Source: Flaccisagitta enflata (taxonomy: Eukaryota). From it: a stretch of DNA of 64,000 bases. Location of the stretch: positions 43,090,001-43,154,000 of the forward strand of contig OZ231126.1 of NCBI GenBank assembly GCA_965153355.1, in the 5' to 3' direction. Under the pieces are notes generated by a model. That model was not told where the DNA came from. It ran no database searches and worked only from the letters and a program-made list of their open reading frames with translations. Positions within the stretch are counted from its first letter, which is position 1; every line of letters begins with the position of its first letter. A program made the translations under genes and the position numbers. Positions 1 to 13,712 of the stretch are shown piece after piece.

Positions 1-22
1 CTCTCTCTCTTTTTCTCTCTCA

Positions 23-96
<74 letters not shown>
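1..96. repeat. (CT)n microsatellite
   Basis: Direct reading. Confidence 0.95.
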
Positions 97-97
<1 letters not shown>

Positions 98-303
98 CTC
101 TCTTTTTTCAGTTTCGGACTGCCGATCCAAAAGTGTGTCCCAACTCCACCCGCTTTTTCGGTCGAGTGCTCCCTACGCAAGTGTTGATTAGTCCGTCTGT
201 CGGCTGTTACGTCAAACCCGACTTTTTCATCATTAGTGTGCAAACACCTCTAGATTAAAACAAGGCCGGCTACACGTCGCGTGCGGGTAGGCAGGGGCAG
301 TAA

Positions 304-960
304 TAAACAGTCGCCCAAGGGCAATATGTGGTCAGCGGTACCCGTTGCCCTGCTTTGCATGACTATGAATTTGAGCGAGGGGAAGTCCTGTAGAACACAA
401 GGGGACTTTCATACATTCTTCCTAGGATAGTTGATGAGGCACTGAAGAGGGCTGGTTGACGGCGTTTGATATCCTGAATGCTGGGCTGATCTGAAGGCTG
501 AGAGGGCTGATTTCAAGCCTGAGTTGGTAGATTTGAGGTCTGAGGGGGCATATCAAAGGCCTGAGAGGGCAGATTTGAGGCCTGAGAGGACAAATTTGGA
601 GTCTGAAATGGCAGATTTGTGGCCTGAGAGGCCTGATTTGAGGCCTGAGAGGCTTGAGAGGGCAGATTAGAGGATGATCTGAGGCCTGAGAGGGCAGAGT
701 TGATGCCTAGAGGGCTGATTTGAAGCCTGACAGGATTGATTTGAAGCTTTATAGGGCTTTTTTGAGGCCAAAGAGGGTGAATTATAGGTCTGTGAGGAAG
801 ATTTAAGGCCAGAGAAGCCAGGTTTGAGGCTTCAGAGGACAGATTTGAGGCCTGAGAGGTTAGATTTTGGGCTTGAAAGACCTGATTTGAGGCCAATGGG
901 GGGGGGAAGGAACGAAGGAACGAACAAACGAATGAACAAACAAATGGAAAAATGGATAAA
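304..960 (-). mobile_element. HINE family B copy (degenerate) with internal 21-bp array, adjoining a family A end fragment at 259
   Basis: Family B tail GTCGCCCAAGGGCAATATGTGGTCAGCGGTACCCGTTGCCCTGCT followed by a GATTTGAGGCCTGAGAGGGCA array (about 490-900). Confidence 0.7.
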
Positions 961-2022
961 TGTAGAGTCTGAAACATGTCAAACCAGATGGATTTTAGCG
1001 GTCTGTTTCTATGGGTTAACTATGGTCTTTTTCCTCGTTCTTAGGCTCAAAAGACGTAGAATTCTTTTTTTAATAATTACACAACACTAAAGCTGATATA
1101 AAGACGATTTGGACAATGTCAATTTTAAACAAACAAGTGTTATTAAAAGTTTATTTAACAAGCCATGAAATTTGGGGGAATCGTGGACTCAAGATGCGCA
1201 AAAAGGATGGGGGTTATGTTTGTTTATACATCATTGCGACCAAAGAAATGTAAACAATACTTTTTATGGCTATGAAACAATCAATAATTGCCAGTAGCAC
1301 GATATTCTATACTTTTTTTTTGGTGAAAATTCTTGCAGAAATATACCACGAAAAAACGAAGTTTTCTAAGGACCGTTGTGCCCAAGTTCTTAGGAGGCGG
1401 GGATTTGCCCAAAGTCAGCCTTATGCACCGTGATTTGAGGTTTTCAAATCTATTTTCAGATCTTTCATAGCGTAACGCGCGGCAACGCGGCATGTTATTA
1501 AGTGGGAGGTGGTAGAGGAGCTAGAATGATGATAAAAGAAATCACACCGCAATGGCGCAATAGCATTAGAACCGTAGCTTTAGACGCAAAATAAAAGTAT
1601 TAAACTACATTCGTGTCTCAACCTTATCAGTTGCAGACACGCAACTCTACAAGAGACTTTGTCCGTCCATCTGTTGGTCTGTTTGTTGATCCTTTGGTCC
1701 GTGGTGATCGAGTCAAAAAGTGGAAAAATGACCGTTTTGGATACTTTTTGTGTATGTTTGTGTGACCCCGCGTGCGTAGTAGTGGTCCATTACTGGAACA
1801 AGCTTCTCTCACTCGGGCATTTAATGCCTTCCGTAACTGCACCACAGATTTTTTCGTGTTGCGTAAAAAAGAATTATTTTACATAGTAGAAATCTAAGCA
1901 TGGGTAGGGGCACGAGTACATCCCTCCATCTGTCTCTCCGTCTTTCGAAGATCGTCAGTAGCGACGTTGCCATTGAAGAACTGCTTGGTCAAGAAGTCAA
2001 TATGAGTTGTGCTCAACTTAAA

Positions 2023-2257
2023 GAACAAGTGACGCGGGTCACAATATCGTTGCGGACGGGTGGGCAGGGGCAACCAACCCCCATCCACACCCAACGCCCC
2101 TCTCAACACCCCTTTCAACACAGACACATACACAAAAAACTACTAAAACACTCGTTTTCCCACTTTTTGACTCATACTCACCAATGGACCGACGGACCAA
2201 CGGACTGACGGACAAACGGACAAAGCCTCTTATAGAGCTGCGTGTCCGCAACTAAAA
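2023..2257 (-). mobile_element. HINE family D copy (related copies at ~1628-1790, ~45230-45370, 62205-62430)
   Basis: AACAAGTGACGCGGGTCAC stem-loop, subterminal GTTGCGGA, (GACG/GACC)n tract and terminal hairpin ending CCGCAACTAAAA; near-collinear with 62205-62430. Confidence 0.7.
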
Positions 2258-2825
2258 CAGAATCCTGCGAATTAGAAGAGGTCGCAGAACCGGTGCGTAA
2301 AAAGTCTGAACAGTGCATAAAAAGACTGAACAGTGCACGCGCGGGGGCTCTCACACACACATACACGCACACGCGCACACACACACCATATGACAGTATA
2401 AAGATGTATAAAACTGAATGATTTTGTAAAAATAATTATTGAAATATGTTAAGATAGATGTTTTTTGCATGATTTGCACTTAACAACAAAAAAATTACCT
2501 AATAAAGATAAAATTAAAGAAGAAATTTTACTGCATATTACTAAGAATTTCAGTTTTGGTTAGTGAACAAGGGCCCGTTGAAATTATAATTTGCATAGAA
2601 AATGGAAAAATGAAAAAACAAAAAACATAGTTCTCCTTGAAAATCATTTACAGAGAGAACTATGTTTTTGAAAATGCAAAATTTCCCTTCATTAGAGAGT
2701 AATATAATTTCAACCGCAGGCAAGAATAAAAAAATGTAAACAAGATCTTACCAAAGACCCTGATTTTCTTGTCTATTTTTATGTAAATTGCATAGTTAGA
2801 ATTACTTTTGAGGTCAGAATATGAA

Positions 2826-2946
2826 AACAAGGCCAAGTAGGCCAATAAGGTGCGACGTGTTGATCGTCGAACGAATGTGTTACAGACAGACTAACACACC
2901 GACCGACGGACAGAGCCAGTTATAGAGGTGCTTTGTCGCACCTAAA
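2826..2946 (-). mobile_element. HINE family C copy (also 12882-13005)
   Basis: AACAAGGCCAAGTAGGCC stem-loop, subterminal AGGTGCG, GACA/GACC tract, terminal AGGTGCTTTGTCGCACCTAAAA hairpin. Confidence 0.7.
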
Positions 2947-3142
2947 ATATATACACCAAGTGTCTCTAAAGACAATTTGTCTTAAAAAACATTTGAGTAC
3001 CGTTATTTTCCAGATACTTATGCAGAATGTATGGTGAAACGCTTGATTTTCCTTCAAAAGTTTGCCGTCATATCAAGATGACAAGTATCGCAATGCAATG
3101 CAATTTTTGAGTCTGACTGAACAGTGCATGCGCGCGCGCTCA

Positions 3143-3394
<252 letters not shown>

Positions 3395-4740
3395 ATCAAG
3401 GTGACAACGAGTATCGCAATGCAATGCAATTCTTGTACCCGGACCAATCACTTTGCAGTGAGAGCAAGGTAGAGGCCCAAAAGGGCCAATGTTCTGTAGA
3501 TGCAAGCAGTCAAAGAGCCATCAATTTTTGAGAAATTTTTTTTTATTTGAAGGAAAAGTTTGACTCAGCCAAACTAAGTTTGTTTCCTGAATATGAGGGT
3601 GTATAAAGTTGAGCATTCCGGCCCCCAGCAGGGGGAAATAAAATCAAAGGGTTTGGAGTTGGGGAAGAAAATCAAAGGGTGGATAAGAAGAAAAAACACA
3701 TTTTTTGAAGATTTTACACTTTTGATGGTTACAAATGATAGTATTTGACTACTACAACGCTATTTTACACTATTCTGACCATATTTATATTATATTTATA
3801 CTCTATGGGGTAGAAAATCAAACAATCTTTTTAGCCGGCGGGGAAGGAAATAAAAGACCAGGGGGGAAAGAAATCAAAGGCCGCTCAACTTGCTGAAAAA
3901 AGAATTGCATTTTCTCTTGCTGAGCTAGATGCTAATCCCAAAGTTATTGTGCAAATGAAATGAATTATTTCATTGGCCATTAGGCTTATAATCATCTTCA
4001 ATATTTTTGAAATGTTGGAATATGATTTTATTACATAAATATTCACTTTTATAACTATATCAAACATAATTGAGCAAATAGCAAGGCTGGCAGAAAAATA
4101 TTGAGATATAGCTATTTTCAGGGTCAATTAAGCATGGAAAAAAATTAGCTAGATAGTTGATTATTGGTCTCGATAGTCTTCTCATATCAAGTACTGACCA
4201 ATTCCAAAAAAAAATCCGGATGAATTCAATTATGAAAATTAGGCTTTTACCCCTCTAATAAATGAAAGTCCTCCTCTGTTATACAGGACTTCGTTCCCTT
4301 CAGGGTCGCTGCCCAAAAAAGGCTAACTAAGCATTTGGGCAGGAGCGGTAATGCAAAAACAGCCCATACACGCCAAAAAGCAGTGTTACCGACCTTCCGA
4401 CCGATGGATATAGTGCAGCACATAATCTGAGATGAGATTAAAACCTGGGGGTTGCTCGGGTATGCTCGGTTATGCTCAGGTATGCTTGGGGTCGTCTTGG
4501 GTTTCGCTCGGGTTTTGCTCGGGTTTTAATCTCGCGATTTCTATTACAGATTACGTGCGCGACTAAAAATTTGTTTCTCTCTCCTGTCCATCCCTATGTA
4601 GTTTCACAATATAGTTTGATGATCACCGATCGCACTCAATCAAACAAACATTTTACGGAAATTGCATGTAAAATACTGAACTGATTATTCCCTATCCAAG
4701 GTTTTTCACCCCATTCGCTCCATTCGCTCCATTTTATCTC

Positions 4741-5315
4741 TTTTTTGGGCAGCGGCCCGAAAGGACCGATGTCCTGTAGGACACAGGGGTGAATTTCCTT
4801 ATGTCCGTCCATCTGTATGTCCGTCCGTCTGTACATCCCCCCCCTCAAAGCTTCTCAATTCTTAAATTTCCAATGAATAACATGGGAAAATGACTAAATA
4901 CAAACTTCCCGTTGAATAACATGGAAAGTGACAACTTGCAAACTTCCCATTGAATAAATGGAAAATTTACAAACAACAGAAAAATGCACATTTTCCATCG
5001 AATAAAAAATGCAAAATAGCAATTGGATAACATTGACAAAATTGACAAAATTGACAAAAAAATGAAATTCTCATCAGATAACATAGAAATTTGACAATAA
5101 ATTATAGAAAATGCACAACTCCCCTTGAATATCATGGAAAATTGCCCCAAAGGCCTGAAATATGCCTTCTCAGGACGTGAGGAAATTCACCCCTGTGTCC
5201 TACAGGACATCGGCCTTTTGGGGCCGCTGCCCTGCTCTCACTCCACCTCTTCAGCTGATCACTCCAAGCAGGGCATTGGGTACCGCTGACCATGTGCAAT
5301 CCTTGGATGACTTGT
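4741..5315 (+). mobile_element. HINE family B, full-length copy
   Basis: T-run, GGGCAGCGGCCC...GATGTCCTGTAGGACACAGGGGTGAATTTCC, inverted copy at 5181-5233, then tail AGCAGGGCATTGGGTACCGCTGACCA. Confidence 0.75.
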
Positions 5316-7507
5316 TCACCTTTTTTCATTTCTCCACCCCAATTTCTCCATATCTTGTGCGGCTTATCTTTTTCATCCTTCCTTTTCCCTGACGGCTCCT
5401 CCCACTTCGAATTTTTCTTCGACTTTCTTTTTCTTCATAGATATTCTTTTCTTTCCTCTTTGTTTTTTGTTCTACTCGTTCTAAATCTTCTTACTCCTTT
5501 ACTTACTTTTTTTGTGATTTTTTTCTTTCTTTTTCTCTCTTTTTCACCTTCGGTTCCATCTTTAACTTCACATCTTCCTCTTTTACCTTCCTCTTCTTCC
5601 TTCCTCTTCCTCTTCTTCCTTCCTCCTTCCACCTACCTTCCACCTTCTTGCTTCCTCTTTCTCTCTCTCTTTCTTTTTCTCCTTCTCCTTCTTCCTTCCT
5701 CCTTCTTCCTTCCTCCTCCTTGCTTCCTCCTTAGTCCTTCCTCTTCCTCCTCCTCCTTCCTCATTTCTCCTTCTTCTTCCTCTTGCTTTAAACCCAATGG
5801 CCTCGACTTAGTTTTCCATCTCATAAAAGCCATATCTTAGGTGCAATGGGCTCAAGTTTTTCCTCCAGAGCCAAATCCAGTCTCTCCCTCTCCTTTCTCC
5901 TTGCTTGCTTGCTGGCTGGCTTGCTTGCTGGCTCCCAGTTTTCCCACCTAAACTCAGTTAAGAGGTCAAAAGCATTTTTTATCTTTTCCCATTTTGCATT
6001 CCCGCGAATATATAACAAAACGCGCCTCTTTTTAAAGCCAGCCCTCCGTTCTTTCATTTCCGACCTTATCGTGCTTTGTTTTTTCTCCTTTCATTCTTTT
6101 CTCTTTTTTTTCTCGTTTTTTTTTCTGTGTTTTGTTGAATGGGGAGCAGTTGGATTTTTGGTTAAGGCAGGGTTGTAGACGGGCGGACGCCGTTCAGCAT
6201 AGTCAACGCCAATACTGATGATCCATAATTAATTAATTATACACTTTGCAAAATTGATTCGTGGGAATTGTAAGTTCTTTGTTCTTATTTCTTTTTTAGT
6301 TTCTTTTCTTTTTAAATTTCTGCTCTGCGTATGCCCATGCCATGAAAAGTGCTGTAGATTTTCGACAAATAGAATTTGCGGTATTTTACCAACATTTTAT
6401 TTTCCTCTTCTTTGTTGCTGCTACGTTGTTGTAGCACGAGGGTGGTTATTTTGACCTTAAATGCTCACGTGTACCTAAAAGGCTAATCTGTTGGCCTTCT
6501 GTTTCTGTTTCTGTTTCTGTTTCTGTTTCTGTTTCTGTTTCTGTTTCTGTTTCTGTGTTACATGAAGTCTATTGAAACTTGCAGAAAATTTGATATAAGG
6601 AAACTGTACATTTGTAACTGGCTTTGAAATACGTAAAGTATATGATGACAAAAAATGATTTGGTAATCATATAACTCCATCGAGTGTTGTCCTACTGATT
6701 TGGTTATCAATGTCACAACGAACATGGAAATGGGGAAGTGAAAGCGGAAGTCACTCTATTTCAACATCGTTACTGTTATCATCATTTCCATTATATTAGA
6801 TTGTCTTTGCAGTGGAAAATTCACGATTATTCACGATTCCTTCAAAACGAAAAAAAAAAAAACGAAAAAAAACGCCCCCCCCCCCCCCCCCAAGAAAAGT
6901 GATCAGTTGTTCTTTCTTTTCTTGCGATGACGTCCAACTGGCGGTCGAACGAAACTGATTAGTGATAACTGCTCGTCAACCAAAGGGTGACAACTAACGG
7001 GAGAGTGAGAGAAAGAGGTAAAGGGGGTGTAAGGGTTGAAGGGACGAATCGGGTGAGTAGTTGATGGGAAGAAGGAGTGATAGAGATGAAGGGGTGAAGG
7101 AGTCAAGATATGGGTGAAGGTTTCGGAACGGTGAGGGGGATCAAGTTAGTGTTGAGGTTAAAAGATACACCTTAGTGAAATTAATTTACAGAATTGAACG
7201 GCGAAGCAGGGATAAGGTCTTAGGAATTGGTCGCCCTAGGGAGGGTAGAGAAGTTACGGGTCAATGAATGGCAATGACACGACTGACACGTTGTCCAATG
7301 TTCATGACAACTGATGGAAACAAAATTGAGGTGTAAGTCAAATGGAAACGGATCAACGTGATGAACGAGTTCTACGCATTTTTGTGGAGTCAGAACAACG
7401 ACCGACTGCGGCGATGCGCGATGACACTGGCTGAGATGCACACGTGGGAGATTTGAAAACAAGGATACATGGCTAACATGGCCGCAATTGGCATAAGCAG
7501 AGGAATC

Positions 7508-7660
7508 AAACAGGGCCGGATACACGGCAATCCAGTCGCGAACAGTTGGGCAGGAGCAGGAATGCAAAAAACGCTCGGAATTTGGACGGATGGACGGACG
7601 GATGGACCGACCTACCGACCGACCAACACTGTAAGGTGTAGAGTCGCGCGTCCGCGACTA
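7508..7660 (-). mobile_element. HINE family A copy
   Basis: Collinear with 19861-20021 (reverse complement) and 45623-45773. Confidence 0.8.
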
Positions 7661-8228
7661 GAAACGAGGCTGGTCATCGACTAGTCTACTGTCTAGTAGG
7701 ACCTGAAGGAAAGTTGGGGACGAAGCTGTATACAATGTTCATTTTTTTTGCATTAAGAAAATGCTTCCAAAAAGCTCAGCATGACGGAAAGACCGACCAA
7801 CAGACCGACAGATCAAGTTATAGTGTCACGTGAGTCGTGCACGCAACTAAAAGGGGCAAGGAGAAGACAGAGAGGTAGCAAAGATGAGTTAGTCAGCTTT
7901 CAACTGCGAGGATGAAATGACTGGATTTCAACTTCGTGATGACAAGTTGATGGCCGTTTGTCATCCGCTCTTTCCATGCCATTCATAATCAACGAGAACC
8001 AAGTTCAGTAATTGTGCCGTTTCACTCTCACGCTTTTTTTTTCTTTTTATCTTTTTCTTCTTACTTGTTTTATATTTTTATCCCATTCCTACACGTGCGA
8101 GCTTCCCCCATATGTGTGTTCTTCTGCTTTTTGTGCTTCTGTTTCTGCTTCTTCTTGAACTTCTTCATCTTCTTCTACGTCAACTTGTTTTTCCTTTTTC
8201 TTTTCTTTTTTCCTTGTTAAATTTTTTT

Positions 8229-8236
8229 CTCCTTCT

Positions 8237-8283
<47 letters not shown>

Positions 8284-8411
8284 TTCTTCTTCTTCTTCTT
8301 CTTCTTCTTCTTCTTCTTCCTCTTCCTCGTCTTCTTCTTCTTCTTCATCATCTTCTTCTTCATCTTCTTCTTCATCTTTTTCTTTTTCTTTTTCTTCATC
8401 TTTTTCTTGTT

Positions 8412-8492
<81 letters not shown>

Positions 8493-9118
8493 CTTCTTCT
8501 TCTTCTTCTTCTTCTTCTTCTTCTTCTTCTTCTTCTTCTTCTTCTTCTTCTTCTTCTTCTTCTTCTTCTTCTTCTTCTTCTTCTTCTTCTTCTTCTTTTT
8601 CCTTTTCTTCTTCTTCTTCTTCTTCTTCTTCTTCTTCTTCATCATCTTCTTCTTCATCTTCTTCTTCATCTTTTTCTTTTTCTTTTTCTTTTTCTTTATC
8701 TTTTTCTTGTTATTGTTGTTGTTGTTGTTGTTGTTCTTCTTCTTCTTCTTCTTCTTCTTCTTCTTCTTCTTCTTCTTCTTCTTCTTCTTCTTCTTCTTCT
8801 TCTTCTTCTTCTTTTTCTTTTTCCTTTTCTTATTCTTCTTCTTCTTCTTCTTCATCTTCTTCTTCATCTTCTTCTTCATCTTCTTCTTTTTCGTTTCCTT
8901 TAACTTTTTCTTGTTATTGTTGTTGTTGTTCTTCTTCTTCTTCTTTTTCTTTTTCTTTTTCTTTTTCTTTTTCTTTTTCTTTTTCTTTTTCTTTTTCTAT
9001 TTCTTCGTCTTCTTCTTTTTCTTCTTCTTCTTCTCCTTTTTCTTCTTGTTATCTTTTCCTTCTTCTTCTTCCGCTTCTTCTAATTTTTCTTTCTCTTTCT
9101 CTTTTTCTCTTTCTTTTT

Positions 9119-9150
<32 letters not shown>

Positions 9151-9467
9151 TTTCTTTTTCTTTTTCTTTTTCTTTTTCTTTTTCTTTTACTTTTTCTTTT
9201 TCTTTTTCTTCTTCTTCTTTTTCCCTTCCTTCTTAATCTTCTTCTATTTCTTCTTCTTCTTCTTGTTCTTCTTCTTCTTCTTCTTCTTCTTCTTCTTCTT
9301 CTTCTTCTTCTTTTTCTTCTTCTTCTTCTTCTTCTTCTTCTTCTTCTTCTTCTTCTTCTTCTTCTTCTTTTTCTTCTTCTTCTTCTTCTTCTTCTTCTTC
9401 TTCTTCTTCTTCATCTTCTAATTTTTCTTTTTCTTTTTCTTCTCCTATTTTTTCTCTCTTTTTTTCT

Positions 9468-9499
<32 letters not shown>

Positions 9500-9603
9500 T
9501 TTCTCTTTCTTTTTCTACTTCTTCTTTTATTTTAGTTCTTTTCTCTTTCTTCTTAATCTTCCTCTATTTCTTTTTCTTCTTGTTATTCTTCTCCTTCTTC
9601 TTC
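8229..9603. repeat. Compound (CTT)n/(GTT)n/(CTTTTT)n repeat with higher-order duplication, ~1.4 kb
   Basis: Direct reading; the block CATCTTCTTCTTCATCTT...TTCTTGTTATTGTTGTTG recurs at ~8345, ~8640 and ~8850. Confidence 0.95.
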
Positions 9604-9609
9604 TAATTC

Positions 9610-9791
9610 TTTGTCGCGTGCACGAGACTCTACACCCCGCTTTGTCCGTCGGTAGGTCGGTTGGTCACACTTTAATTTTTTATGACTTTTATTTTTGGAC
9701 CTCACTGCTCCTGCCCAAATGGTCAAGTGACCTCAAATATGGCCCCTGCCCACCCGCACGCGACTTCGATAGCCGTGTATCCGGCCTTGTT
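9610..9791 (+). mobile_element. HINE family A2 copy (also 38300-38494 and 61303-61508, both minus)
   Basis: 5' hairpin GTCGCGTGCACGAGAC, GTCG/GTCC tract, 3' subterminal CACGCGACT, stem-loop GCCGTGTATCCGGC, CTTGTT. Confidence 0.8.
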
Positions 9792-10249
9792 CTTTTTCTT
9801 TTTCTTCTTCTATTTTTTCTTTTTCTTTTTCTTTCTCTTTTTCTTCTCTATCATCATCTACCATCATCAACGTTGTTCCTCTTTATTCCCGCTTCTTTTA
9901 CTCCCTTACTTTTCCCGACGGCGTACAAAGTGAATAGAATTGATTACATAGGAATCTCTCATTTATCATTAATCAATCGAATACCAGATATCGGTGACAG
10001 ATATTGCTAATGAGTTGATAAAGAGATATCAGAGACTTGGAAACAATATGCAAGGATTGATTGACACCAAGTATAAGCAGATGCAAATTCATATTTTTAA
10101 TCTAAACGTTTGAAGTCTTTCTTTCTGTGAGAAGAAACAAGGCCGGATACACGGCAGGACAGTCGCGGACAGTTGGGCAGGAGCAGTAAAGCGAAAACCG
10201 CCTGGAATTAAACAAGCCCAACAGGCCAACAGTCGCGTGCTTGGTTACT

Positions 10250-11350
10250 GACAACTACACAACTTTATACACTACAACTTCATACTACAACTTCATACTA
10301 AAACTTCATACTACAACCTCATACTACAACTTCCTACTACAACTTCATACTACAACTTCATGCTACAACTTCATACTACAACAACATACTACAACTACAT
10401 ACTACAACTACATATTACATACTTCAACAACATACTACAACTACATACTACAACTACATACTACAACTACATACTACAACTGCATACTACAACTACATAC
10501 CACAACTACATACTACAACTACTTACTACAACTATATACTACAACTACATACTACAACTACATACTATAACTACATAGTACAACTACATAGTACAACTAC
10601 ATACTACAACCAGATACCACAACCACATACCACAACTACATACTACAACTACATACTACAACTACATACTACAACTACATACTACAACTACATACTGCAA
10701 TTACATACAACGACTACATACTACAACTACATACTACAACTACATACTACAACTACATACTACAACTACATACTACAACTACATACTACAACTACATACT
10801 ACAATTACATACAACGACTACATACTACAACTACATACTATGACTACATACTACAACTACATACTACAACTACATACTACAACTACATACTACAACTACA
10901 TACTACAACTACATACTACAACTACAAACTACAACTACATACTACAACTACATACTGCATTCATACTACATACATACTACATTTATAATACATGCATAAT
11001 ACATGCATACTTCTACATACTACATACTACAACTTAATACTACATAACTTCATACTGCATTACTGCATACTACAACTTCATACTTCATACATACATACAT
11101 TACATACATACATTACTACATACTACGTACTACATACTACATACTACATACTACATACTACATACTACATACTACATACATTACTACATACTACATACCA
11201 CATTCTACTTACTATATACAATACTACATACTACATACTACATACTACATACTACATACTACATACTTCATACATACATACATACATACATACATACATA
11301 CATACATACATACATACATACATACATACACAAATACATACATACATACA
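10250..11350. repeat. 13-bp tandem array (TACAACTACATAC)n grading into (CATACTA)/(TACA)n
   Basis: Direct reading. Confidence 0.9.
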
Positions 11351-11357
11351 TTTCATA

Positions 11358-11977
11358 ACGGGTGGTCAAAAAAAAAGTGACCAAGCTAGAATTTTCTCTA
11401 ATAGGTTTTGAATTTTTTTTGTAAGTTAATATTTTAAAAATGAAGTATAGTATGCAAAAAATGATAATTTTTTTTGATTTTTTCAAACAAATAACTATAT
11501 GAATATAAATAAGTAAAATGTTTGCATAGGTCAGTAATAACATAAATATCAGTTAATTTTAAAAAACACATACCTTAACTAGGTCATGTCTGATATAAAC
11601 ACAATTAATTGTAAGTCTCCAAGCTTTGGTTAAAGAGGTTTGAATAGAAAACAAAAAAATGTTTTTAAGAAGTATCTTTTGTTTTGTTGTATGCATGTAT
11701 TTCTAAAATTTTTTATAGATTTTTTCCAAGGTTTTGAGTCATCCATAACTATGAATAGTGAATCTATAAAAAAAATTTAGTTCTTTTTCAAAAAAAATTT
11801 TCAAAAAATCAAAGTAGTCCAAAATTAAATTGAGTTGATTGTAAATAATTCCAAATGTAAAAAAAATATACTAAAATCATAATAATGAAAAAATTTTTCC
11901 TACATCATATCTTTTATAAACTTTTTTTTGTAAAAGATATAAGTAAAAGAAAAAAACACTTTTTTTTGACCACCCGT
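11358..11977. mobile_element. Tc1/mariner-type MITE, 620 bp
   Basis: TIRs ACGGGTGGTCAAAAAAAAAGTG / CACTTTTTTTTGACCACCCGT, TA on both sides, AT-rich non-coding interior. Confidence 0.85.
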
Positions 11978-12149
11978 TACATAAATACATTACTACATAC
12001 ATACATACATACAACTTCATACTTCATACATACCACATGTTCCACCTTTCATACATACATACATACATGCATTCATACATACATACATACGTACATACTA
12101 TATACTATATAGTATATACTAAATGCTCCTTTCTATCCTATCTAACATT

Positions 12150-12592
12150 CCACAACGCAATTTCCACAATATTCCACAATGTACCATTATGTTCCACAGT
12201 GTACCACAATGTGCCACAATGCTCCAAAATGTTCCACAATGTCCCGCAATGTCCCACAATGTTCCACAATGTCCCACAATGTTTTATTAAATATCAATAC
12301 ATCAATACACTCTAAAAATACTAAAAAATACCCAGAAATACGTAAAAATAGCTGTCCAATGTGTTAAACATACCCAAAACACCAAAAAATACCCAGAAAC
12401 ACTAAAAAATACCCAAAAATACCCAGAAATACCCTAAAATACCTTAAAATACTTAAAAATAGCCAAAAATATCTGAAAGTACCCTAAAGTACCTTAAGTA
12501 CCTAGAATAACTTAAGTACCCTAAAGTACCCTAAAGTACCCTAAAGTACCCTGAAATACCCTAGAGTACCTTAAATTACCCTAAATAACCTC
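12150..12592. repeat. 10-bp arrays (CCACAATGTT)n and (CCCTAAAGTA)n inside HINE
   Basis: Direct reading. Confidence 0.85.
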
Positions 12593-13204
12593 AAAAAGTC
12601 ATAATTTTAGAAATGTGACCGACCTACCGACCTACCAACGTACCAACCAACACGGCAAGGTGTAGAGTCGCGTGCACGCGACTAGAAATGTGATGGACGG
12701 ACGGACCGACTGACGGACCTACCGACCTACCGACCGACACGGCAAGGTGTAGAGTCGCGTGTCCGCAACTAAAAAATATGTTTTAGCGGTATTTTGAACT
12801 GAAATCATCAAGAAGATTTTGAAACCCAAGTATGTGGAATATTGTGGAATTTTGAAATCAGTAACAAAGAAGAGAAAATGAAAACAAGGTCATGTAGGCC
12901 AATGAGGTGCGCCGTGTGGATCGTCGGACGAATGCGTTACCAACAGACAGACAGACCGACCAACGGACACAGCCAGTTTTAAAGGTGCTTTGGCGCACCT
13001 AAAAAATAGATAATTGGTTGGTTGGTCGGTTGGTCAGTTGGTCGGTTGGCGGTCACGTAAATGTTTGAAACGCACAAATTCTTAGTCAGCGAGGCGCACT
13101 CATTTGCCATAGCTTGGCCTTATTAATCTAAACGTTGGAAGTCCTACTTTCTGTGAGTGGAAGGAAAAAAGACTATTAAGCGATATTTTCTAACAGCAAA
13201 GTAA

Positions 13205-13712
13205 AAATAGTCGCAAAAGCGTTAGGTGGTCAGCGGCACCCGTGCCCTGCTTAGGTAAGTCATGATTAAATATGAGGGTGGGAGCAGGGCAACGGCCTTG
13301 AAAAGGTTGATGACCTATGCTTTCACACAGGGGAATTTTCTCCTTCTTCCCCTCCTTCTTCTGCTTCTCCTTCTCCTTCTCCTCTGTCCCCCCTCCCCCA
13401 ACCTCCAGGCCCATATCTTAGCCTCAAGGCCCATATCCCAGCCTCAAGGCCCAAATCCCAGTCTTTAGGCCCAAATCCCTCGAGGCTAGGATTGGGGCCT
13501 CAAAGATGGGATTTAGGCCTTAAGATGGGATTTGTGCCTTGAGTTTGGGATTTGGGCCTCAAGACTTGGATTTGGGCCTTGAGGCTAGGATATGGGCCTC
13601 AAGGCTGAGATATGGGCCTGGAGGTTAGGGGGGACGAAGAAGGAGGAGAAGAAGGAGAAAATTCCCCTGTGTGAAAGTATAGGTCATCCACTCCTTCGGA
13701 GCCGCTGCCCAA
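13205..13712 (-). mobile_element. HINE family B copy whose 20-bp array flips orientation near 13480 (largely palindromic element)
   Basis: Inverted arms GATGACCTATGCTTTCACACAGGGGAATTTTCTCCTTCTT / AAGAAGGAGAAAATTCCCCTGTGTGAAAGTATAGGTCATC; GGCCCAAATCCCAGCCTCAA units, then their reverse complement. Confidence 0.75.

Larger units (their letters stand above)
10137..12776 (-). mobile_element. Nested HINEs: family A (10137-12776) containing a second HINE (10211-12683) with ~2.3 kb of internal tandem arrays and a MITE
   Basis: Two AACAAG starts (10137, 10211) and two GTAGAGTCGCGTG..CGC(G/A)ACT ends (12683, 12770) in nested order. Confidence 0.75.

Noticed and set aside
513-977. 154-aa heptad-repeat ORF (SQASNLP)n
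   Set aside because: Translation of the 21-bp HINE-internal array; similar ORFs arise at every family B copy (e.g. 26929, 50326).
8112-9606. Long poly-L/F/K/N ORFs (up to 399 aa)
   Set aside because: Stop-free triplet repeats. The same applies to the (ER)n, (SL)n, (HT)n, (CV)n and (DRQT)n ORFs across the window.
12480-12592. (CCCTAAAGTA)n as telomeric or interstitial telomeric repeat
   Set aside because: Short, degenerate, 10-bp period, and embedded in a HINE among other unrelated arrays.
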